A stretch of DNA of 64,000 bases, taken from the NCBI RefSeq assembly GCF_964355755.1, contig NC_092671.1, forward strand, positions 2,852,001 to 2,916,000, read 5' to 3'. Below the pieces are notes generated by a model that made no database searches, was not told the origin of the DNA, and saw nothing but the letters and a program-made list of their open reading frames with translations. Shown piece after piece: positions 46,112-58,621 of this stretch; the first letter of the stretch is position 1, and every line of letters begins with the position of its first letter. This stretch comes from Antedon mediterranea (lineage: Eukaryota; Animalia; Echinodermata). A program made the position numbers and the translations under genes.

Positions 46112-47999
46112 GTTTTACTAAGAAATGGATCCCATGTTTGTTGCCTAACAAACTGTTTATCACTTTAGGTCACGTGGCGGTAATATCCGGTGCTGTAGTG
46201 GTGGGCACTATTATATATAACCATTTCGTGCACAATGGGCGGGCTAGACTCTAAACGCATTTCCGTTGTTTTCTTACTATAGGATCAAAATATAATCTGC
46301 CTGAAAGTTTTTTTGAAAATTGAGGCCTAACTTTGTGTTGTGTTGTGTTAATAAATATGCCAGGAATTATGTATTTGCTTTGTAATAAAAACTTGTATTA
46401 GCATAACTAGCGTCCCCAGATGGTGTGTTATGATTCAATATACCAAATGTTAGCGTGTATGTTTGCCATTTCAAGTCTACCACTGTTGTTTTGACAACAA
46501 AATGTTTCTGTCCGTTCACAAAATGGACATCTATCATTCTTACTAAAATGTCTTATGTATAGCGCCATCTACGGTGTATTCTAAGGCGTCAATATCAACA
46601 GATTATCTCACGAGCCTACTTGTAAAGTCATTAATGTTTTAATAATGTATAAATTTGTCGGGCGTATTGTTCCCGAATATTGAGTATCACATAATATTCA
46701 TCAGTAAACAGGACACGACAATCATTATAACGATACTCGTTCACTATAATGTATAATTGATGCAAGCCACTAGTGAAATTGATTAAGGCGTCTAGACCAC
46801 CTACCAAATTATTCATAAGTTACCGGTAAAGAGGGTTATAATATTCTGATACAATAAGTAAATAAGACGTTAACAATATTTTTTAAAACATAGATTACAA
46901 TATTAAAAATAAAACGTATGAAATCCAGACTTGTTAGAGAGAGGATGGGAGTTGGGGTTGATGAAAACTATATTGGGTGCGATGGTATCGATTTCGTATC
47001 TAAACATGAAGATGTGATACTTTATAGCATGTATCTTTTTGGTTAGCGAAAATGTAATGATGTTGCATTTCTTTTCATTCACTTTTATTGGCATTAAAAA
47101 TAATAATAATAATAATAAACAAGTAGGCTAAAAACAGATAACATCAACTTATAAAATTGCAATAGGCCTATGAGGTAATACTCTTCAAGTATAAATGAGC
47201 ATATTCATTAAAAGCTAGTAGAATGAAATGAAGGGAAATTAGATGTAATTAAATATATAAAAAAAGTTTCTTTGAACTAAAACTTACGAATATCAACAGA
47301 AATGGAATTCCAAAAATAAACTTCTTCATAAACAATTTTATAATTACGGCGAGATTTTGATAAAATTAAATTATATGTATTATTAAATCTTGTATCGTGC
47401 AATTGATCAACAGTGGAAAAATAACAACTTAAAAAACTCTGTGTTGAAAGAAATGTATTTATTCAAAATAAGTATGTAACAAAAATATGAAATAAAAGGT
47501 GAGTGAATCTCACAAAAGAGATAGAAAAAACAAAAAAAAACTCTGTGGTAATGGTATAAATCAGAGACAAATTTTAAAACATATAACTTGTGGATTATAT
47601 ATCCATCAAACAGTTTATAGAACAAAGATGTGTTAGAATGACGTAAGTTCCGGGAATAAAATAAATGATCAAAACATAATCAACTTGAAAATAATTCTCA
47701 TATTAATCTGAAGATTAATATGCCACGTGTATATCTTACTTCGCGTAGGCTATGTTTTCAGTAATGCACCACAATTGGATACTACACGTTCGTTACAGAC
47801 CAATCACGGGTTATTCGTTGTCTTTGATGACTAAATACAAATTAATCGTTTAAGACAATAATTATGATCACTAGATTATGTTAATCTTATCAATAACAGG
47901 ACAAGTACGATGGTTTGTCAACAAAAAACAATAAAGATTAACAGTTTTACATATAAAATATGAAAGCAATCGCCACTTGCAAACACAGGAAGTAACATA

Positions 48000-48312
48000 G
48001 GTGTATTGATAATGACGTAACAAATTGAAAATGATAACGTGTTGATAACGATAACATATTGAAAATTATGATGATATGATTACACATTGATAATAAATTA
48101 AGATTGTGACGATAGCATATTGATAATGAAGTAACATTTACTCATAATGATAACATGTTGATATGATACATAATTGATAATATAGTAATGACGTATATTG
48201 ATAATGATAACATGTTGATATGATACATAATTGATAATAAAATAATGCCGTATATTGATAATGATAACATGTTGATATGATTACATACTGATAATAATGA
48301 TATTGATATCGA
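48000..48312. repeat. Degenerate ~57-bp tandem repeat (ataatgataacatgttgatatgat...)
   Basis: Repeated units that resume after the MITE at ~48500. Confidence 0.75.
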
Positions 48313-48315
48313 TAA

Positions 48316-48494
48316 AGCGTGTTTCCCACTAGCGACGCAACGCAAGGACGTAACGCAACGCAAGTAAATTGACCAATCACAAGCGATGGCTTATTCGTTT
48401 GTGATTGCTAACTGTCTATAACTTCGCTTGTCATTGGTTAAAACGCTTGCGTTGCGTTTACATCCTTGCGTTACGTTCTAGTGGCAACCAAGCT
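48316..48494. mobile_element. MITE family B, long subfamily, complete
   Basis: taa|agcgtgtttcccactag...ctagtggcaaccaagct|taa. Confidence 0.85.
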
Positions 48495-49198
48495 TAAGAT
48501 ATTAATAATGATAACATGTTGATATGATTTCCCCACATAACGTAGTAACGCCATTACTACAGGAGGAACACAAATAGAATAGTAACGAAAAACAAGTCGT
48601 GTTATGAATTTCAAGTGCGATGGTTGACATCGTAAGGTCAAAGAGCTATAAATGAATGTTGGTATTTATATTTGATATGTTAAATGTTATTATAGAACTT
48701 CAAAATTTAAAGGATAAAATCATAAGAAGTATACGGGGAGATAACTCTCCAAATGTAGAATGAGTAGAAAGTTGTGATTATGTAAGAAAGTATATTAATA
48801 AGGTGGTCAGCTCTCAAAAGTTAAATAAATAATATAACTTTTAATTAATAAACACAACAGGCAAAGAATATTAATTCTAAACCGCCCGGTGATATACTGA
48901 AATTTAATTAATTAATTTGAAACGATAAAGATGAGGAAAGACTCGGACCTATATAGTTGTGTGAATGGAGAGTTAAAGAAGTTAAATTTCATTCATTCAT
49001 TCATTCGGTCAAGATCAACATACAATACATGATTACAAAATAATGTTACAATACAGAAAGTTAAAACTTGAGAGACTCACAATTAATTATTAATTATCAT
49101 TAACAATAATTAACAGAAAATACATACAAAATGTATAATGCAACTAAATGGTTCACAATTGTTATTTCTTATTTCTTTGCATGTGAGGACATATTGAT

Positions 49199-49399
49199 AG
49201 CTTGGTTCCGACTTGGACGCAACATAACAACGTAAGCGCAACGTGTATATCTTACTTTGCGTAGGCTATGTTTTCAGTAATGCACCACAATTGGATACTA
49301 CACCTTTTGAGTTGACCAATCACTAGCGACAGTTCGGATTGGTCAAATTACTTGCGATGCGGTTACATCCCTGGGTTGCGTCGAAGTGAGAACCGAGCC
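49199..49399. mobile_element. MITE family B copy carrying a 63-bp insert copied from 47725-47787
   Basis: Family TIR remnants at both ends; the insert at 49241-49303 matches 47725-47787 with one mismatch. Confidence 0.65.
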
Positions 49400-50315
49400 T
49401 TAATATTAAGTATATCAACTATGATGATTCGACATTCATAAAACATGATACTGGTTCTCAAATGACTGATGGACCTTAGTGTCCGAAATAAGGTTTAATA
49501 ATATTCAATATATGCAAAGAAATGAGTAATTATGGAACTCTTTTGTTAGAAAATATCTTAATATGAAGGGGAAAGCGGTAAATTCTGTTACGAATGACTG
49601 ACGAAATTGACATCATGTTAGTGTTTACCCTGTCCTGTTTTCTTAGAATCTATGCGTAGGTAGTCACTTTCTAGAATTGTTTTTAAGACGTTACTAATTT
49701 TAAAATATTAATTTATCATTATTTTTAAACTTGAAAACAGACATTATGTTGTTTCCTGGTAAGTCAACAGGGCAGCCTAGTTTATACAAAAAACGTTAGA
49801 GACGATCCGGAAACGATAACTCCCGCAACCGGCTTATATCGGATGAACCAAGGCAATCAACAGGATACTGAGCTCGCCTTGCCGATATAGGAACTCGTAA
49901 CAGTTCTCTAATTTATATCTGGCTGCGACAAATACCAACAGTTCTGTACTATGTACATATTCTCCATATTTAACTGTAAATTTCATGTAGCTAACTGCTA
50001 ATTTCATGTACCTTTATTTAAATGTATTCAATGTATTGTATTCTTCAATTTTGTAGTTAGTAAGTGTATCATTTATTTCATTGTAATTATTTTATTATCT
50101 GCTTTGATAACTTAATTAAGGTATTTTTACATTTTTTTGTTGGCGTTTTCTTTTGAGCACGGTCTTACTGAAAAACAACTTTCAGTTGAGTTAAGTATCC
50201 ATGATTAAATAAGGCTTATTATTATTATTCTATCCTGGCATAGGCCTACTGCATTTATATTTAGAATAAGATATACCGTATGTGACTATAATGCGTCTTT
50301 GTTTTTAAACAAAAC

Positions 50316-50560
50316 TGAGTTGAGTGGTTTTGATGCTTGGCTACCACTCCAAGAATCCTGGGTTCAAGTCCCGTTACCTGTCGGGATTTTAAGGACATAA
50401 TTACAACTCCACTCCCAAAAACTTGTAATAAGACTTTGTTTATGTAGAGCATCTTGTGTATATGTTTGTCTTGTGAACCTCTGAGGGTCCCTAATGATCA
50501 GCAACAGCTGGATGGATCACCCTCATTAAATATGGTAAAAAACAACAAAACAAAAAAAAC
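50316..50560 (+). mobile_element. tRNA-derived SINE (second family)
   Basis: A-box-like gagtggtt; B-box gggttcaagtccc; 3' stem gagggtccc...caccctc; A-rich tail. Confidence 0.6.
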
Positions 50561-51536
50561 CTATACTGTGAACAACCCTCTCCGGATGTGAACCAATCTT
50601 AAAAGGTTGTACGTGCTTATTTACGGCGCATGTGTCATAAAGTACAGTAACAAATTAATTTACATTTATTTATTTAAAAAAAGATATATTTGTTCTCTAC
50701 TTTAAAACGAAAAACCTTTTCAAGAGGTTCCAGCTACACAAACATACAACAAACAAATAAATAAGTTGTGTTGGTATTTTTTTTTTGATAAACCCTGAAA
50801 AAGTATATAGACTTACTTGTTTGTGCTAAGTTTTAAACTTACAAATGGTTATCATAATATTGTTTTATTCATTTTAAAGATGAGAGAAAAAAATTTTTAT
50901 TGTTTTAACTACCGTACCTTTCTTCTCTTCATGAATTTTGTATTATATTATTTATTTTGTATATTATGAAGGAAATAAATGTTACTATGAAATGAAATTA
51001 AATAGACACAGAAAGAAAGAAAGAAAGACAGAAAGAAAGAGAATAACTGAGTGTGATTTCTGCCAAGATCTACCCTGTTAAATCTTAATCAAATGCAATT
51101 TAGGCCTAACTAGTTTATTTCTACGTGAATGCACGGTCGGCCCTTTTACATCAAATAACAAGCAACACCCACCCAGGAAATTGTACACGCTAATACGTCT
51201 AAAAATAAAAACATGTAAGGTAAATTCAAAGATCGTAGGATACTTTGAGCTTTAATATTATGTTTTAATGACATTGTATAAACATTCGGGTAGAATAGGT
51301 ATACAAGTATTATTGTATTGACTCCTCAGGGAAATTTATCAAAAATTCTTGTTTCACACTTGTAATAATACAAGACGTATAAGGCGTATACAACATGTCA
51401 GGATAATAACGTGATTAAAGGTGGAACTCTTTAAGTTTAATGAATATGCAAATTAGATATGTCATTTATTATATATAAAACCTGAAGGATGTAATATTAA
51501 GGTTAGCTGCGGGATACGTGCTGGGTGATAGTCAGT

Positions 51537-54500
51537 ATGTATACCTCGATACACGCCGCTCTTGTAGTTCTTCTTTTACTTACTTCAATACTCGCAGTAA
51601 CACCAAATTGCGTCGAAAGGTGTAAAGCTAGGTTTAAAATGAACAGATGGAATAATTGCATACATAATTACTGCATCTACAAAAAGAGTAAGTGTTTTAA
51701 CAATTGTTACTTTATATAACAGCTTTAATAGTTAAAAAAAAGTTGTTAAATATGCGACTGTCAATTTTTTTAATTTCTTAATTTCTAAAAAACAAAAGCA
51801 AATATTTTCTTGCTACATTGCACACTTTTAAAAGTTTAAGAACAATCTGACCGATGATTTGTCAAATTTTGTAATAAGTTAAGCAGAAAAAGATTCATCT
51901 TAACAGGTTCTATTTGTTCTAAGAAAGATATGAAAGATTGTTTTGTCAACCTTTTATTAAAAGGCTATGACGAAACGACCCGCGTGATTTCCATTTCACT
52001 TTTAATTTTATAAATTTAATTTTTTCATTTTATAAGTTTAATTTCTTAATTTTATACGTTTAATTTGTTCATTTTTTAGTTAAATTTGTTAATTAGTTAA
52101 ACACATTATTTTGTTTATACTTTTATAAACATTCTGGCCGATTATTTCGTCCATTTTTAAAGGGTTACGACGAAACGATCTTATTCGATTTGTTTTAATT
52201 TATTTACAAGTTTTTTTTAACAATTTTTTCAATTCATTTAATTTAGTTTGTTGTGGTGCAGTTGTGTATTTCATTTTTAAACATTCTTCTTGAATATACC
52301 TTTACACACTGAACATAATTTGTCAAAAACGATTTACACTATACTCATTTCAAAATTAGTGAAGCCACACTAAGCTCACCAACCGACCAATATTCGATAC
52401 TCAGAAGATTATTGCAGTAACTGTTTTGAGTTAAGTCGAAATTTGAAAGATTGTCAGATTTCGAAACCTTTATACCACTGAGCCCAATGACAGATGTTTC
52501 AGTTGATTAGTTGGACGTGAATAGAGTCTGAAAACGACACAAATTGACATCTAAAATGTTACCGTTATGCTACATATATTATAATTAATAACGATGATTA
52601 AATTATAACATTTACTCAATTATATTAATTTCGTACAATCTTCATTTTATGTTTAAATAAAATTGTTTGAAAACTGCAGAATATAGATATTCCGAAAGAA
52701 GGTTACATCTGTATCACCATAAGATATTCTGAAAATGTGGGTCGTTATATTTTAAAGTGTATACTTGCTATTTTATCCATGAATGCAACTAATTCATCTA
52801 AGTTTTAACCAATTTACCAGTAGCAAAACGTTATTAGTAAAGTGAAGGGGTTATCGCTTTTATTTATTCAGGAGGTTTTCCGTCGTTGAGTGAGCGACAT
52901 ATTACAGATTCAACGGTGCAATCACATCCAGATAGACCTACTCATTGTATTTTAGATAACATGTGGAATGACCTATCTAAAAGTTCTCAAGAATTTATAC
53001 TTAAGGTAAGCTAGTTTGCTTTTAATATAATAAAGAATAATTTGAAAATCAAGTGTCTAAATTTTAAATAAAGTAGGACTACTGTAAGTACCGAAATCAA
53101 ACATAAATTCAATGCGCGCGTATAAATGTAGTATCTACTGAAGTGTTACTTACCATATACAAGACACTTACCAGTGTTGACTATGGTATTATTGTAGGCC
53201 TATGGGGTGCAGGAAACAAAGAAAATATGGACCGCCATCTTTTGCTTCAGAAAAAAGCTCTTAAGATCATTTGTAAGGTAGACTTTCATCATCCCTCTTC
53301 TCAGCTCTTGAAAACGGGCACATTTAATATACTTGATTTGTATAAAGACAGTGTTTTAAATTGTATGTTTAAATACCAAAAAGGACAACTTCCAAAGTGT
53401 TTTAATTTTTTATTCAGTTTATTTGATAATTATCATAGGCCTACACATAACACTCGAAATAAAGACAATTATTGTATAAAATTAAAATCAACTAATATGG
53501 GTAAGCAAAGTATAGCATATAGACGACCTAAGCTATGGAATCAACCTATAAGAAATATAAGAGAGAGTAAAAATATATAATTTTTTTGCTTGTGATTATC
53601 CTGTTTTTCACACTTTAATGTACTTTATTTTCTTTTTTTATATATATTTTTATGAATGTTGTGTGAGAAATAAAAGAATCAATCAATCAATCAATCAAAA
53701 AATTGTAAAAAGGAATTTGAACCTGCGCGTATAAAGACATTTGAACGTGCGCGTCCGATTCCTCCTTCCGATTGCTTGATATGATGAAATGTGAACGTGC
53801 GCGTCCGATTCCTCCTTCCGATTGCTTGATATGATGAAATTTGAACGTGCGCGTCCGATTCCTCCTTCCGATTGCTTGATATGATGAAATGTGAACGTGC
53901 GCGTCCGATTCCTCCTTCCGATTGCTTGATATGATGAAATGTGAACGTGCGCGTCCGATTCCTCCTTCCGATTGCTTGATATGATGTTGATGATAATTAT
54001 AGAAAGCTTATGTTTCATTAATTTTAAACAAGCAGAAGAAAGAAATTTGCAGGCCGAGGCTACATTATCTGAAGTATTCCATTGACGAATTATGTAGGCC
54101 TATGTATCGTAATATCGCCTACAAAGACATTTAAATTAATTATCTAAACCAAATGGGAATGATATCTAATTAATTAGACCTACTAATATGCTATGTTGTA
54201 CTTGGATAAACCACGGTGGAATTGGTATATTGGACTAAATTTTAGTTTACAAGTGAGCAATATTTGCAAATTGACCAATCAAATTATTCCACCTTTAGAT
54301 GAAGCTGCTTAAACAAACAAATGTCTATTTTATACCTATACAATTTACAATTTACATCCGGTAGTTTTTAAATAAGTAACGTTACAAATTATAAATCAAA
54401 CTAAATATTCTTGAAAAGATATATTTTTAATGAAAGAAGATTCGTTAGTTACAAAAAAAGAAATAGATATTAACAAGCACGTTCATATATTGATGAAAAT

Positions 54501-54728
54501 TGGACTGCTTGTATACATGCGCGCGCTGCTTATGCAATACGCGTGTGTGTATGTGCGCACACTATTTGTTTTGCAGCTTTATCTATCAACCATGTATGTT
54601 TAATTATATATAATTGGAAAGTGTTGCCATTTTTGCATGAATCTGATTTTTTAGAAGTTCACTTTTTCTTTTTTTATTTTAAGGTATTCGACAATGAGCT
54701 GAATTTAGAAAACTTATCGAAAGAATGA
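51537..54728 (+). CDS. Small secreted 4-Cys peptide precursor C (109 aa). Exons 51537-51687, 52872-53005, 54684-54728: MYTSIHAALVVLLLLTSILAVTPNCVERCKARFKMNRWNNCIHNYCIYKKRGFPSLSERHITDSTVQSHPDRPTHCILDNMWNDLSKSSQEFILKVFDNELNLENLSKE
   Basis: TATATAAAA ~60 bp upstream; signal peptide; gtaagt and gtaagc donors with strong acceptors in consistent phase; KKR formed across intron 1; AATAAA at 54789. Confidence 0.8.
53143..53698 (+). mobile_element. 5'-truncated CR1/L2-group LINE (Crack/Daphne-like), ORF2 C-terminus and 3' tail
   Basis: LLTIYKTL..VDYGIIV(GL)WG...LLQKKALKII...HNTR...SIAYRRPKLWN, then aataaa and an (aatc)n tail. Confidence 0.85.
53741..53986. repeat. 50-bp tandem repeat x5
   Basis: Units start at 53741, 53791, 53841, 53891 and 53941. 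Confidence 0.95.
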
Positions 54729-55640
54729 TCGGTTTTGACCTTCATTTATTGTTCTCACGATGTAAACATTTTAAGGAAATAGATTGGAAATAAACACATA
54801 TTCCACACCAGACAGATGAAAAACAAACTACATCAAATCTTAACAGAATAATATACTGTGCGTGTAGCAGACCATCTATCAAGTTTTTACAGGTTGCGCG
54901 TTATTTTTACATTACGGTATAATATGTATGGAACGCCGACTGACAAACCCCAAAATATGACTGACTGAACGAACAGGTGACAATAGCATTATTGTAATGA
55001 CGTAGAAAGTATATCTGTACTCAAGATAGTTTAGTGGCGTGTGTACAGAGATTCCATCCCTTATCATAACATATCTGGTTTGCCAAAGCCCCGAAATAAT
55101 GGACCGCTCTATTTTAAATCTTGGTTACCAAACTTGGATGCAACGTAACAACGCAGGCGCAACGCAATTGAGGTGACAAGCAAGCGTGTCGTGATTGGTC
55201 AAATTAGTTTCGGTGCGTTTACGTCCAAGGTTAGACCTAGAAATGACTGACTAACATACATATTATTGTACACGTGTTTTTTCTATGGATACTGGCGCAC
55301 AATAAAACCTGAATTAGTATTATTAATTTGAATTTCATGACAACGATACTGTCATGTTAAGTGTTTTCTAGAGAAGTTTTAATACAAAACTTTCCAAAAC
55401 GTTTAATGTTAATTGGTTTATATCTGCAAATTATCTTCCATTTAGGATTTTTAAGCAAAATATTATTAGAATGTTAATAGGTATTACTTGTTAGCAATAA
55501 TTTTAAAATTATTTTAAAAAATGAATATAAATTATATGTAGGCTAGATTAACGACCAATGTGTAACTGACCTTCTAAAACTATGTTCACATAGAGCCTGG
55601 ATTTAGAAATCGTGAAAATGGATGTAGTTTTTATTTATAA

Positions 55641-55940
55641 TGCTTGGTTCCCACTAGAGAGGCATCGCAAGTGATTTGACAAATCTCAAGCGATGGATTA
55701 TTCGAACTGTCGCTTGTAATTGGTCAACTCACTTTTGTTAAGCTTGGTTCCCACTAGAACGTAACGCAAGGACGTAAACGCAACGCAAGCGTTTTAATCA
55801 ATGACAAGCGAAGTTATAGACATTTAGCAATCACAAGCGAATAAGCCATCGCTTGCGTTGCGTTACGTCCTTGTGTTGCGTCGCTAGTGGGAACCACGCG
55901 TTATGTCTAAGTTATTGCGTTGCGTCCTGGGAACCAATCT
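55641..55940. mobile_element. Nested family-B MITEs (long copy 55741-55900 with TTA TSD inside a short copy)
   Basis: tta|agcttggttcccactag...gggaaccacgcg|tta inside gcttggttcccactag...gggaaccaatct|taa. Confidence 0.8.
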
Positions 55941-56638
55941 TAAGGATGGAAACTTACGTGTGTGTAAACGCAGTGTCCGAAGAACGTAAAATAATTTTCT
56001 CCGGCCGCCAGATTAAATCCGATCTCAATATGAACGTAGCTTAAAAGATCAATATTTAAAACCATTTTAATTTTTATATTCATTAAACAATTGAAATGTT
56101 ATATTTGGCTTAATAATGATCGTAATCGATCGTGTGTTGTTTTTATGAAATTCTTAATTTGAAATTCTAAAAGATTGACTAAACAAGTTTAATAATAATC
56201 AGCAATAGTCACCGCAAGATGTTGTCATTTCACAATTTCAAATTTAAAAATAACCTTCGAACTAGCAACAATAAATACAATATATGTTAATGTGATTGCA
56301 TTTTTATATCCTCTATCAAATTTTGCATGTCAATTTATCATATTTGATTTTTTGTTCATTGTCAAAGATATAAATCTCAACATTTATTTTATGAGGGAAT
56401 ATTAAGTAGGGATTGTAATTTACAATAACGCACTTACACTGATGTCTAAAGATATTTTGCATAATATGTAAGCTTTAAATTAGATCTAAATAAAAAAAAA
56501 TGCTTTTATGATATTTTTTATATATTGTGTTTTATATGAGTTTCCATATCGTATTCTTTGACAGTACTTTCATAATGCAGTATATAAGAAGACACTTTAA
56601 GTGTGACTTAAAAATAAATACAAAAAAAGAGCATTTAA

Positions 56639-56967
56639 AGATATTTTGTCCCACCACAAATTTGTTTCACATTTTTTATGTAATATGTCATTTTAATGTC
56701 ACGTAATAGTTATTCACTTTTTGACCAAAAACTGGATCCAAAATTATTTACCTGAAAAAAAAATGTAATTTAAACCAAAAACAAAATGCTTAAATTGTCT
56801 GTAAGACAATGGGTTTTGGTTAAAATTATCCGTTTCTTTTGTCTTTTTATAAATGAAATAATTTTTTTTTTCAGAAGTGAATATCTCTATTAAAACTACA
56901 AAATGGTATATTTAAAGTCTGATTTTATTAATCTTAATTGTTCATGTTTTTGGGGAACAATACATCT
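56639..56967. mobile_element. Non-autonomous Kolobok-like element, 329 bp, TTAA TSD
   Basis: ttaa|agatattttgtccca...tggggaacaatacatct|ttaa: AG...CT termini and imperfect TIR. Confidence 0.75.
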
Positions 56968-57300
56968 TTAAATATTTTCATGAGGAAAATATATCTTTAA
57001 AGTTTAAATTCCTGTCCAAAATTTATTATAACCATGGTGACGGCTTAGCATTTTAGACATTACATTAATTATTTAACTAATGTGATATAATCCTTGTATT
57101 ATCGGATGACATTTAAGAACATAACCTCAATTAATTTGGATGAAAGTATAAATACATGAACAATGGTGCATAAAATCACCGTATAATGAGCAAATAAAAT
57201 AATATCAATCTTCAATATGATTACAAAATTTATAGGGCCTATATTCTTCTTCTGTGTTAATTCCAATTCTAGATCTAAAATACACAACGTGCTTTTGTGA

Positions 57301-57400
57301 AAAGTTATCTACTACTATTGATTAAAGTTATCTACTACTATTGATTAAAGTTATCTACTACTATTGATTAAAGTTATCTACTACTATTGATTAAAGTTAT
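57301..57400. repeat. Perfect 23-bp tandem repeat x4.3 (aaagttatctactactattgatt)
   Basis: Units visible directly. Confidence 0.95.
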
Positions 57401-58621
57401 GAATGATTGTCAGTAAAATATTATTGATTTATAATTTATAATTCGATAAACCTCTATTTTCTAAATAAATGTTTAATTTTCTCATCTTTAAAACGTAAAA
57501 TACTAGAAATTGATTTAATGTATCATCTGAGAATACAACCAAAACACCACAACCACTAATAGAAAATAAAAGTATACATAAGTTTTAACTTAAAAACATA
57601 ATTTAACTTAACTTAACTTAACTTAACTTAACTTAAAAACCTTTTTAAAAAGTTCATAAACTCTGCATTTTCGTTACTTTCGATACAAAGGATTTATTTT
57701 CACTTGAATTCATACATTTTTTTCTTGATTTATTTAAATTTTTACTAAAATATGACAACAAATATCAATGAAAGTTGGTATTATAAACTATATACTTAAT
57801 TATGAATGAATTAAAAAGCCGAGGCGACACGCACACAAATGTTTACAATCTTTTAGAAGCGTACAGGCACTGTGCCAGCGCTGGTAAATCTGTTATATAG
57901 TATTGTTTAATAATTCACTGTTTATACTTTTGAAGTATACGTTACTGCGCTAAATACAAACCGATTAAATTGGCTGTAACAAAACCATATTTATTTAACA
58001 CCGTCACAATTTTCTAGTGTCCATTGGAACTTCCAGTTCTCATACTACCATTCTAGTACGATATCACGTCTGGCGATGCATTCGGAGTTACAATTATATT
58101 GACCGAACTGGTTCATAAATGTAACCGAACTGGGTTATATTAGTTAACAGAACTGGTTTATTAATTAATTCATTCAATCTTTTATTTCGGAATCTCTGGT
58201 CCATAGAAAGTAAAAATTACATATAAATGAAATAAAATAAACAAGACTAATTACTACTACTCATCTCTGGATGGCATAAGTTAACCGAACTGGTTTATAT
58301 ATTTAACCTCCAGTATGTGACTGTTACCGTACTTTTAATGTACTTTAATCCTATTGAATCTATCAATTTAAATAAGACAAATGTAATGTGAATTTAATAT
58401 CATCATTTTCGCGTAGTAAACTTGTTTAATTCTGTTGTCTACGTTTGTGTGAAATTACCCTAAGGGTAATAACTTAAGCTGTATCATTATGACACGCTTC
58501 ATACCTAACAATTAAAACTGTAATTTGATAATGATTATAAACAAAGGCTGTTGAAACTTTATTATTAATAGGAATGAAAGAAGACGTGTTATGATGCGTC
58601 ATCAAATATATGACACGGTTC

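Noticed and set aside
45600-46290. A fourth peptide gene (ATG at ~45604 with a donor, or TATA-like motif plus ATG at ~46235)
   Set aside because: No hydrophobic signal peptide or 4-Cys exon; the second ORF stops after 15 codons.
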